From: Pseudomonadota bacterium
GTDB taxonomy: Bacteria > Bdellovibrionota_G > JALEGL01 > DATDPG01
Assembly: GCA_043804515.1 (NCBI GenBank)
Contig: JAZDIZ010000149.1
Coordinates: forward strand, 1-14,531
Length of the DNA: 14,531 nucleotides
Reading direction: 5' to 3'
Part shown: piece by piece, positions 1 through 7,734 of the stretch
Numbering within the stretch: position 1 is the first letter of the stretch
Layout: each line of letters starts with the position of its first letter
Made by a program: the position numbers and the translations under genes
Notes under the pieces: model-generated
Seen by the model: only the letters and a program-made list of their open reading frames with translations
Told to the model about the DNA's origin: nothing
Database searches by the model: none

Positions 1-35
1 CCGTCTCCGTGTATCACAGTATTTCGGGGGATCAA
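1..35 (-). CDS. Possible 5' end of a gene running off the left edge; the N-terminus resembles N4/N6 DNA methyltransferases
   Basis: Minus strand reads TTG ATC CCC CGA AAT ACT GTG ATA CAC GGA GAC GG = (M)IPRNTVIHGDG, with a GGTGAG SD-like motif upstream. 'N.(I/V)IHGD' is the usual opening strand of beta-class DNA methyltransferases. Only about 12 codons are visible. Confidence 0.25.
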   Translation of the reverse strand, partial: MIPRNTVIHGD

Positions 36-55
36 ATGTGGGCTTTCTCACCGTG

Positions 56-118
56 AAATAAAGGGGCGGAAGATTTCCTCGTCTCTTTCGGAAGAGCGAC
101 CGTTCGGAATTCTTCCGC
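56..118 (-). terminator. Probable intrinsic terminator or long hairpin downstream of the GT4 gene
   Basis: Inverted repeat GCGGAAGATTTCC (66-78) / GGAATTCTTCCGC (106-118), 12 of 13 paired, enclosing an inner hairpin CTCTT-TCGG-AAGAG (83-96). On the minus strand it begins 7 nt after the stop at 126 and is followed by CCCTTTATTT. Confidence 0.55.
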
Positions 119-125
119 GGGGTGG

Positions 126-1265
126 TCAGGGCCGAAGCGACAGATAGACTTTCCGGGTCTCCGTGGTCATCCGGTCCCAGGAGAACCGGGAAGCGTGCGC
201 GAATCCTTCCCCTCGCATCTTTTCCCGCAACGCAGCGTCTTCCAAGATCGGGTCCAGGGCTTTGCGCAGGGATCCTTCGTCGCCCCCATCGAAATATCGC
301 GCTGCCTCGCCTCCCGCTTCCGGTAATGAGCTTACTCGGTTGAGGACGGCGGGACATCCGCACGACATGGCCTCCACAACGGGAATGCCAAATCCTTCGT
401 ACTCGGACGGGCAAATGTATGCGAGCGCTCTGGAATAAATTTGCGCGAGTACATCATCCGACACAAACCTCATGAACAGCACCCTCCGCTGCAAGCCCAA
501 ACGTTTGATTAGATCGCGTTCAGCCCTGCGAGGGTATCCGCCTCCCACGCAGAGCAGGTAAAGGTCGCTTTGCAGCTTGAACGTCGGCCCGAGGCCGCGG
601 ATCATGAACTGGAACCCCTTATAGAGAGCTCTGTTTCCCACGAACAGAACATATCGCGTGGGAAGCCGCGCGACGGATTTCGAAGCGCCCGACAATCGCA
701 ATGAGCTGGCGTGATAGATCACACTGATCTTCTGCGCGGGCGTCCCGTAGAATTTGACGATATCGCGCTTGGTCGATTCGGAGACGGCAATGACATGTCT
801 CGCTTTTTCAGCCAGTTCACGTTTTCGCGACCTCGTAGGGTCACCGCGCGGAAAGTAGTCGGGAAACCGTTCATGGATCATGTCATGAATCGTAATAACG
901 AAAGGTTTCCCTCCGAGATGCGGAAGAAAATAGGGGTCGTAATAGGTGGGGTGAAAGACGTCGAAGTCCTGATGCTTGAGGGTCTTAAGCGCGATCGAGC
1001 GATTGTGATATTCGAGGATTCGCCGGGTTATCTCCTCCTCAAGCTGCACCAGCCACAATTTCATGCGGTTCCGATGGGAGATAAGGAACGAGAAATCCCG
1101 ATTTCGTAGGCAGTCATTCATACTGCAACTCATCGCCAGACGCACCTTGAAGTCCTGCCTTCTGCGCAGTCCTTGGATGAGTTCGAAAAAATACCGTGAG
1201 ATCCCACCATAGCGCTCGTGACTGGCGAAGATCTGATAGTCGAACATGACCGTGGTGGGGGTCAT
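126..1265 (-). CDS. Glycosyltransferase family 4 (GT-B, MtfB/mannosyltransferase-like)
   Basis: N-terminal 'FDYQIF...YGGISRYFFEL', 'FHPTYY', 'TIHDMIHE', 'VSESTKRD', 'FVGNR..YKG', EX7E motif 'EGFGIPVVEAMSCGCP', C-terminal 'FSWDRM'. RBS GAGGA upstream of ATG 1265. Confidence 0.95.
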   Translation of the reverse strand: MTPTTVMFDYQIFASHERYGGISRYFFELIQGLRRRQDFKVRLAMSCSMNDCLRNRDFSFLISHRNRMKLWLVQLEEEITRRILEYHNRSIALKTLKHQDFDVFHPTYYDPYFLPHLGGKPFVITIHDMIHERFPDYFPRGDPTRSRKRELAEKARHVIAVSESTKRDIVKFYGTPAQKISVIYHASSLRLSGASKSVARLPTRYVLFVGNRALYKGFQFMIRGLGPTFKLQSDLYLLCVGGGYPRRAERDLIKRLGLQRRVLFMRFVSDDVLAQIYSRALAYICPSEYEGFGIPVVEAMSCGCPAVLNRVSSLPEAGGEAARYFDGGDEGSLRKALDPILEDAALREKMRGEGFAHASRFSWDRMTTETRKVYLSLRP

Positions 1266-1455
1266 CTCGTTCCTCTATACGTGTCGGACGGGTGGTTGAC
1301 CATTTGCGCCGAAAATCGTGTAACCCTCGTTGGTATCGACTCGAGTGTTAAAACTCACATGGATTACAATAACGGTCTTCTCGTAAGGAAGTGTATCAAA
1401 GTCCTCGCCGGCGGCACATAGGTCGAAGCCAAAAACCGTGCTAGGCTGAGCCCGC

Positions 1456-1539
1456 ATGTTGATCGTGCTTTTGGATGTCAGCTACCGGATGACCGACATC
1501 CCCGTCCAATTCGTGATTAAAACCGTCAAGACGCCGTGA
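1456..1539 (+). other. 27-aa small ORF or decayed 3' gene remnant, translationally coupled to the oxidoreductase
   Basis: ATG 1456 to TGA 1537-1539 encodes [27 protein letters not shown]. The stop overlaps the GTG start at 1536 (GTGA). It is too short to appear in the supplied ORF track. Confidence 0.3.
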
Positions 1540-2897
1540 AGAAGAAGATCGCGATCTTCGGCGCAGGGATCGCCGGCTTGGCAGCCGCGAGGGAACTGGC
1601 GCGCGCTGGGCATGAGGTCGACGTCTACGAGGCGGACGACCACATCGGCGGGCTGGCTTCCACGTTTCGGAGCGACGACGGGTTCATCTACGACAACGGC
1701 CCTCGCTTCATCCTGTCCACCCTCGCGGAGAAAGTCGGCATCGCCGATCGGTGCGAAAGGGTGAAATATCTGGAGGATCTCTACGTCGGCGGACGGCACT
1801 ATCGCTTCCCCTTCGGTTTCATCCGGGACCCGCGTTATGCGGCTTCGGTCGTCGCCGCCATGCTCACCAGGTTCTTTCACCGTGCACCCGAGAATCTCGG
1901 CGAGTTCCTCCGTACATACTATGGGAGAATCTTCTCCCGCGACGTCCTGATCCCGCTGCTTGAGAAGTGGTCGGGCGTTCCCGCGGAAGAGATGTCGATC
2001 GATTTCGCCCACCGTCTCCTCCCGACGAACGTGTCGTATGTCGTGCACTCCCTGATCAAAAAGTTCCGCGGTGGGATTGCCGAGGATTACTACGAAAAGG
2101 GGAGGTACTTCGTCTATCCGAGAGGAAGTATGTCCGTGCTCCTTGACAGGCTCGCCGAAACCCCCGGTCTCAGGATGCATCTGCGAAGCGGCCTGACGAA
2201 ACTCACGAGCGACGGACGCCGGATCACGGCCGCGGCCCTTGCGAACGCGGACGTGTCCGCGGATTACTATGTGAGCACGATCCCGCTTTCCGCTCTTGTC
2301 GGGGCTATCGACGAGCCGGGAGAGATGGCCGCGTGGGAGAGGCTCCGGTATCGGGGCATCGTCATCCTTTTTATCAAGATCAACCGGCCGAGGATTCTGG
2401 ATCATATCTGGACCTGGTTCCCGGAGCGGCACTATCGATTTTACCGGATCTCCGAAGTGAAGAACGCCGTCCCGTATCTGGCGCCTCCCGACAAAACGAT
2501 GATCGCCGTCGAGTTCGCCTGCGAAAGAGACGACGCGGTCTGGACGTCATCGGAAGAAGAGGTCTACGCAACGGTGAGGCACGATCTAGAGACGATCTAT
2601 GGCGTCGGGCGGGAAGAGATCGTCGGGTTTGACCTGAAAAGGAGCGCACATGCCTATCCCGTCCTCAGAAAGAACACGGAGCGGCTGCAACGCGGCCTGA
2701 CACACCAGACGCAGTTCCAGAATCTCCTGATCGCGGGGCGTACCGGGATGTTTCAGTACCGGATGATGGAGGGGAGTTATGACAGCGGGATCTCCTGCGC
2801 CGAGACCGTCCTTCGTTTGATCGAAGGAAAGAGTCCCGCGGACACCGAGTCCCCGGCTACCGATCGCTACGGGCGTCCACTCGTTGCGCCGGACTGA
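1536..2897 (+). CDS. FAD-dependent oxidoreductase, COG1232 (HemY / UDP-galactopyranose mutase-like), of the type found in polysaccharide loci
   Basis: Rossmann motif '[14 protein letters not shown]...VDVYEA...GGL', '[10 protein letters not shown]', 'FVYPRGSM', 'YVSTIPL', 'AYPV', C-terminal 'AGRTGMFQY'. GTG start. Confidence 0.88.
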   Translation: MKKKIAIFGAGIAGLAAARELARAGHEVDVYEADDHIGGLASTFRSDDGFIYDNGPRFILSTLAEKVGIADRCERVKYLEDLYVGGRHYRFPFGFIRDPRYAASVVAAMLTRFFHRAPENLGEFLRTYYGRIFSRDVLIPLLEKWSGVPAEEMSIDFAHRLLPTNVSYVVHSLIKKFRGGIAEDYYEKGRYFVYPRGSMSVLLDRLAETPGLRMHLRSGLTKLTSDGRRITAAALANADVSADYYVSTIPLSALVGAIDEPGEMAAWERLRYRGIVILFIKINRPRILDHIWTWFPERHYRFYRISEVKNAVPYLAPPDKTMIAVEFACERDDAVWTSSEEEVYATVRHDLETIYGVGREEIVGFDLKRSAHAYPVLRKNTERLQRGLTHQTQFQNLLIAGRTGMFQYRMMEGSYDSGISCAETVLRLIEGKSPADTESPATDRYGRPLVAPD

Positions 2898-2947
2898 TGC
2901 GCGCCGGCCGCTTGAGTTTGGAGGTCTTTTCCATTAGGGATTGAGCT

Positions 2948-4339
2948 GTGAGGATCCTCCTCATCAACCCGCCGGCTAGTGTGTACAACAGCCCGCCCGT
3001 TGTTCCTCTGGGGCTCGCCTACATCGGCGCCGTGCTGAAGAACGACGGTCACGCCGTGGAGGTCGTGGACCTCTCGCTCCACCCAAACAGCAAATGGGAG
3101 GCCAGCCTCGAAAGGGCGGACCTGATCGGCGTGACGGCGAACACGCTGACCTACAGGGGAGCTGCGGAGGTCTTGCGTTTGGCGAAACGGATCAAGCCGG
3201 ATGTCGTGACGGTCATCGGAGGACCCCACGTGACCTGCATGCCGGAGCAGACCCTCCGGCACATAGCATGCGATTACGGTGTTCTCGGGGAAGGGGAGGA
3301 GACCGTAAGGGATCTCTGCCGTGTTTTGGAGAACGGCGGCGAGATCTCGGGGGTGCGGGGAATCGTATGGCGGGATCGGGTGTCGGGCGCCGTCGGCAAG
3401 ACTGAAGAGCGCCCCCTCATCAAGAACTTGGACGGCATTCCGTTTCCGGCCTTGGATCTGTTCCCTCCTTTGGCGAGCTATTCCACTTACAATCTTCCCC
3501 ACAACGTGAACACTCCGACGGGGGTCATCATGACCTCCCGCGGTTGTCCCTATCACTGCGTGTTTTGTTACAAAGCCACGTTCGGCCGGATATGGAGGAC
3601 GCGGTCGCCCGAGAACATCGTGGACGAGTGGGAGAGGCTCATCCGCGTTCACAAGGCGGAGCAGATCAGCATTCTCGACGACAGTTTCAATACCGATCCG
3701 AAACGGGTCATCAGGATCTGCGATTTGATCATCGAGCGTGGATTGGTCGTGCCGTGGCAGACGCCCAACGGTATCCACGCCGCCCACGTCACGGAAGAGA
3801 TGTTGACGCGAATGAAAGAAGCCGGATGCGTTCGGGTGTCGTTCGGCGTGGAATCTGGCAATCCGCACATCCTGAGCACGATCGGAAAGCAGGTCACGTT
3901 GGAGGGTATCTCCCGTGCGTTCCAGCTCTGCCGGAAGGTGGGGATTGAGACGTGCGCTTTCTTCATCATGGGCCTTCCGGGGGAGAATGAAACCACGATG
4001 CAGGACACCATCCGGTTCGCCCGCAAGCTCGATCCGGATGCCATTGCCGTGTACATCGCCAATCCCCTCCCCGGAACGAAATTCCGGGAAATTGTCGAGC
4101 GGGAAGGGACCTTCCTCCACAAGGAGGACGAGTTCTCGGGTCACTACGACTCCTCCCCCAACTTCACGCTGGGCGAGATCACTCCTGAACTGCTCCTGAA
4201 GATGCGGCGACGTGCCTATCTCCGTTTCTACCTTCGCCCCCGGTATCTGGCCCGTCAGATTCTCACCGCACGCTTTTTCAGGCGCCTTCCCGGGTATTTC
4301 GATGGACTCAAACGAATCTGGCACTATTCGAAGCGGTAA
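2948..4339 (+). CDS. Cobalamin (B12)-binding radical SAM protein (class B methyltransferase / BchE-HpnJ-HpnP-like superfamily)
   Basis: N-terminal B12 domain 'MRILLINPP...PLGLAYIGAVL...GGPHVT...GEGEET'. CxxxCxxC in 'TSRGCPYHCVFC' (3545-3568). Also 'LDDSF', 'FGVESG', 'FFIMGLPGE', 'PLPGT'. Confidence 0.93.
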   Translation: MRILLINPPASVYNSPPVVPLGLAYIGAVLKNDGHAVEVVDLSLHPNSKWEASLERADLIGVTANTLTYRGAAEVLRLAKRIKPDVVTVIGGPHVTCMPEQTLRHIACDYGVLGEGEETVRDLCRVLENGGEISGVRGIVWRDRVSGAVGKTEERPLIKNLDGIPFPALDLFPPLASYSTYNLPHNVNTPTGVIMTSRGCPYHCVFCYKATFGRIWRTRSPENIVDEWERLIRVHKAEQISILDDSFNTDPKRVIRICDLIIERGLVVPWQTPNGIHAAHVTEEMLTRMKEAGCVRVSFGVESGNPHILSTIGKQVTLEGISRAFQLCRKVGIETCAFFIMGLPGENETTMQDTIRFARKLDPDAIAVYIANPLPGTKFREIVEREGTFLHKEDEFSGHYDSSPNFTLGEITPELLLKMRRRAYLRFYLRPRYLARQILTARFFRRLPGYFDGLKRIWHYSKR

Positions 4340-4384
4340 TGAGCGACGGGATTCGGATTCCGCACTCACGATCCCGGGAATGGT

Positions 4385-5467
4385 CTAGGTCGAGAAGAGT
4401 TTCTCGAGGGAAAAGCCGGGCAGGCGTTTCGGGTCCGCCGCAATGGAGGGTTCCGCCTTGCAGGAGAGGTAGCAATTGGGGCATCTCCCCTCCACCATCT
4501 CGATACGGTTCTGTTGAGCGGCCTTGGAATACCAGCTTTTCCGGAGCGACGCGTCCCGGACGTTCCCGTAGGGCGGGAGGTTCCCGCAACCGTGGACGGA
4601 CCCATCCTGTAAGACATCCAACGTGAGGTGGCCGGCGTAGCAAGGAAAGACGAGTTTCTTGGGGTCATAGAAGTAATCGGCCAATCCGCGGATGAAGACG
4701 CTGCTGGCCGAGATTGCCGAAGTCCTCCGTTTCCTTTGCAAGAGACCCTCGACAATCGCGTTGACAAGAGCCGGCGGGATATCGGCCAGTGGATCCTTTG
4801 CCTCCAGGAGCAGTTTGTTCTCCACCGCCGTCGTGACGGCCGAGAAATTCACTTTCGGGACGCCGAGACCGATCAAAAAATCAATCGTCTCCAAAAACGT
4901 TTCCGCGTTGTCCCGGCAGAGAACCGTGTTGGTGTCCACTTCGAATGTTGAAGGGCGTTCCGAAAGGAGGGACGTGAGGTTCGAGATCACGTTTCCGGCC
5001 GTATCGACGCCGCGGATCTTCGAATAGATCTCGGGAATATGACTGTCGAGGGAAACCGTTACGCGGTTCAGGCCGCTCTCGTACATCTTCTTCCGCTGGT
5101 CGGCCCGCATGGTGAGAGCGTTCGTCGTGAGTTGGACAACACGCCCCGCCTCTTTGAACGCCCGGATGATCTCCCATAGATCGGGGCGCAAAACCGGCTC
5201 GCCCCCGCCGATCGTGACGATGGGAGCACCCAGTTCGGCGATTTCGCCCGCCAGGCGGCGATAGTCGTCGGTCGTCAGTTCGCCCTCGTGATCGGCCAGC
5301 TTCCACGAGTCGCACGTTTCACACTTCGAATTGCAGCGGCTCGTGATCAAAAGATTGACGGATATCGGCCGGGTCCAGGTCTTGCGGGCGAGGTAACTTG
5401 GATACGCTTTGAGGAGGTTGAATCCCTCCTTGAGCGGGGAGACGTTGAGCTGATTGGGGAACTTCAA
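4385..5467 (-). CDS. Radical SAM protein with C-terminal Twitch/partial SPASM auxiliary Fe-S domain
   Basis: CxxxCxxC 'CNSKCETC' (5312-5335), 'GGGEPVLRPD', 'LTTNA', 'VTVSLDS'. C-terminal C-x17-C-x34-C-x2-C-x3-C. TTG start at 5467 overlaps the upstream TGA, with a GGAG RBS. Confidence 0.92.
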   Translation of the reverse strand: MKFPNQLNVSPLKEGFNLLKAYPSYLARKTWTRPISVNLLITSRCNSKCETCDSWKLADHEGELTTDDYRRLAGEIAELGAPIVTIGGGEPVLRPDLWEIIRAFKEAGRVVQLTTNALTMRADQRKKMYESGLNRVTVSLDSHIPEIYSKIRGVDTAGNVISNLTSLLSERPSTFEVDTNTVLCRDNAETFLETIDFLIGLGVPKVNFSAVTTAVENKLLLEAKDPLADIPPALVNAIVEGLLQRKRRTSAISASSVFIRGLADYFYDPKKLVFPCYAGHLTLDVLQDGSVHGCGNLPPYGNVRDASLRKSWYSKAAQQNRIEMVEGRCPNCYLSCKAEPSIAADPKRLPGFSLEKLFST

Positions 5468-6579
5468 GCGGAGACGCTCCGGTCCCGTTCAGACCCCGGG
5501 AAGTAGTTTCGATTTGTCTCCAGGAAGTAAACGGGATCTTCGATCTTCGGCCCCGTCACGGCTTTCAACTCGCCGAACCCGTTCAGTGCGGCGTATTTCC
5601 GCCAGAGTCCGTCGCAAATCAAGTTCAGGGAGCACCTACCGCATGCCTCTCCCTTCACCCGGTTCTTGATCTGGAGAAAATATTTGATCGCCTCGTGCTT
5701 GAACGTATTCCACCCCTTTTTGAGCGAACGTTTCTTGGAAGGGTAGAGCAGCATGCCCGCCAAGAGTGCCGCCGTGCTCACGAGTCTCCCCTCGCGGATC
5801 GTCGTCCGAACGAGATAGTCCCATTCGTCCGGGTCGTATTGGATCTGGGGCATATTCGTGACATACGACTCGTACCCGGTCATGAGGCAGAAGGGGATGT
5901 ACCGGACGGTGATCTTTTGGATCTTGTCCCTATATGCGTCGATCGCCCGCTTAAGATACGGCGCCGCGACGATATACTTCACGTTCAACTCCGGGGCCGA
6001 GCGCCAGTCGGCCTCCACGATCGGGTTGAAGAAGATGAAGTTGGCGGTTTGGATTCCCAAGGAATGGAAAAGGGCCAGGATCTCCGTGGCCCCGGTGTAA
6101 TTGACGCCGGAGATCACGCAATTGGCCCGGATCTTTACGGGGTATCGGCGAAGCTGGGTGACCGCTTCCAAAGCTTTGGCGAAGCTGCCGTGGACTCCCG
6201 TAACTCGGTCATGGACCGCCGGCTCGTAGCCGTGAATGGAGATGAGGAAGTCGTCGATCCCCGCTTCCACGCAAGATGCTGCATATGCCGGTTGCGCCAG
6301 GCGAATTCCATTCGTAATCAAGCTGACGCTCTCGAACCCCAAGGACTTCGAGTATCGAGCCAGCTCGGCCAGGTCGGTCCGAATCGTGGGCTCCCCGCCC
6401 GTGAAATCGAGGGTTCGGATTCCCCGGCTGCGGATGTACCGGATTCGGCGCTTCACTTCTTCCGTACTCAGGTCCTTCTTCTTCGTACGGTCGTTTACGG
6501 TCTGGATGTAGTAACAGAACTTGCAGCGCTCGTTGCAGGAATACCCCACATGGATGTCCACGCGAGACGTCAGCGGCAT
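5464..6579 (-). CDS. Radical SAM protein with C-terminal CxxCxxxxxC cluster (HxsC-like architecture)
   Basis: CxxxCxxC 'CNERCKFC' (6514-6537), 'FTGGEPTIR', 'ITNG', 'ISIHG', 'YIPFCLM', C-terminal 'CGRCSLNLICDGLW..Y...G..EL'. AAGGA RBS upstream. Confidence 0.92.
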   Translation of the reverse strand: MPLTSRVDIHVGYSCNERCKFCYYIQTVNDRTKKKDLSTEEVKRRIRYIRSRGIRTLDFTGGEPTIRTDLAELARYSKSLGFESVSLITNGIRLAQPAYAASCVEAGIDDFLISIHGYEPAVHDRVTGVHGSFAKALEAVTQLRRYPVKIRANCVISGVNYTGATEILALFHSLGIQTANFIFFNPIVEADWRSAPELNVKYIVAAPYLKRAIDAYRDKIQKITVRYIPFCLMTGYESYVTNMPQIQYDPDEWDYLVRTTIREGRLVSTAALLAGMLLYPSKKRSLKKGWNTFKHEAIKYFLQIKNRVKGEACGRCSLNLICDGLWRKYAALNGFGELKAVTGPKIEDPVYFLETNRNYFPGSERDRSVSA

Positions 6580-6583
6580 GGGA

Positions 6584-7666
6584 TCATCGTTCCTTACAAA
6601 GTTGGGCTACGGCGTCACGAAACGGCGCGGTTGCCCGGTCCCACGCATACTGCGCCAGATCGGCCGAGCCGCTTCGATTTGATTTGCGTTCCAAGACGGC
6701 ACGGATCGTATCAGCAAAATTCTCCCGCTCGCAATGGTCGATCCAGGTCCCGAAGAGGCGCCGCGTTTCACCGGACACCCGGCCCACAACCGGAATATTC
6801 AGCGCTAGATATTCGAGGACCTTGAAAGACACCCGCGCTTGATCGGCCTCCGAATCGCTCATATAGATGACGCCGACATCCATGCTTTGAAGCAAGCCGG
6901 GGATCTTCTCATGAGGCACCAAACCCGTCCGCACGACACGTTTTGAAATCCCGTACGCCGCAAGGAGGCGATCCGCCCATCCATCGAGCGGCCCGCCCCC
7001 CACAAGCAGAAACCGAATCGATGGTTCCTCAAGTTTTGCCCAAGTCCTGACAATCGTTTCCAAATGAGCAGCTCCACCCCGTGTGAGCGTGCACAGGTGC
7101 CCCACAATCCGATCCTCGTCCGAAAAACCGAGGTCTCGTCGCGTCGCCGCGCGCACGGCCGCATCAGGCCGGAAAAGATCCGCATCAAACCCCTGCGGAA
7201 CATGGAGATAGTGAGCCCCCCGGCGCTTCAGTCGCTCGCCGATGGCCGGACTGTGCGTCGTCACGAGATCCGCCAAACGCGGACCGAGGCGTTCACACGC
7301 CCGAGCTGCGCATCTCCTGAACCGGCCCCGCTGCCATCCTTCTTCCAGGTCGTCCCAATCCACGATACGCGCCCTTCGGCGAAGACCGGCCACGATGAGC
7401 GCGGCGACCGTGATCGGATTGAATTTCTGCGTGACCAGGATGTCGTAGCGGCCGAAAGCCGCACGAAGCGCCACGAACAGCTTGCGGACAGCCGAGGCGT
7501 TGGCCTCGCTGATCACGGTCGTGACGCCAGGAAGGTTCGCAAGACTCTTTCGAAGGGCCCGGAGACGGTACGTGGAGCCGTACCGTTCATCCAACGAGTT
7601 GACAAACAGGACGCGTCGATTCTCCGACCCCCGGTGGTATTCACACTTCGACAACGAAAGCGCCAT
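6584..7666 (-). CDS. Glycosyltransferase family 4 (GT-B)
   Basis: 'GSTYRL', 'IVDWDD', 'VPQGFDADLF', 'FLLVGGGP', 'TGLVPHEKIP', 'SFKVLEYLALNIPVV', C-terminal 'YAWD'. Confidence 0.9.
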   Translation of the reverse strand: MALSLSKCEYHRGSENRRVLFVNSLDERYGSTYRLRALRKSLANLPGVTTVISEANASAVRKLFVALRAAFGRYDILVTQKFNPITVAALIVAGLRRRARIVDWDDLEEGWQRGRFRRCAARACERLGPRLADLVTTHSPAIGERLKRRGAHYLHVPQGFDADLFRPDAAVRAATRRDLGFSDEDRIVGHLCTLTRGGAAHLETIVRTWAKLEEPSIRFLLVGGGPLDGWADRLLAAYGISKRVVRTGLVPHEKIPGLLQSMDVGVIYMSDSEADQARVSFKVLEYLALNIPVVGRVSGETRRLFGTWIDHCERENFADTIRAVLERKSNRSGSADLAQYAWDRATAPFRDAVAQLCKER

Positions 7667-7685
7667 TTTCTTTTAGAAGTTTTTG

Positions 7686-7694
7686 ATTATAGCA
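7686..7694 (-). promoter_or_regulatory. Extended -10 promoter (TGcTATAAT) for the minus-strand GT4-rSAM-rSAM operon
   Basis: Plus strand ATTATAGCA equals minus strand TGCTATAAT, a perfect TGnTATAAT, 19 nt upstream of ATG 7666, in an AT-rich 68-bp divergent gap. Confidence 0.65.
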
Positions 7695-7734
7695 CGCGCC
7701 CCTTAATGTAAGATCTCGGGCCAAGGAAAACGGG

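Noticed and set aside
1536..2897. Naming the flavoprotein hemY or glf
   Set aside because: It has the family fold only. The signature residues differ and there is no heme-pathway context, so no symbol is assigned.
2867..4369. 500-aa minus-strand ORF antisense to the B12 rSAM (similarly 1482-2432, 5695-6825, 8164-8916)
   Set aside because: Shadow ORFs on the strand opposite well-supported genes, expected from GC-rich codon bias. They have no recognisable motifs.
4340..4384. Imperfect hairpin CGGGATTCG/CGATCCCG and GGATTC x2 between the convergent rSAM genes; also considered as an inversion end paired with GATCTCGGG at 7712-7720
   Set aside because: The stem is short and bulged with no U-tract on either strand. 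The match to the 7712 region is too short to support an invertible segment, and no recombinase gene is present.
2948..6579. RiPP or mycofactocin-type cluster interpretation of the three rSAMs and the GT2
   Set aside because: There is no convincing precursor peptide, PqqD/RRE domain, peptidase or transporter in the window. The context is nucleotide-sugar and GT genes.
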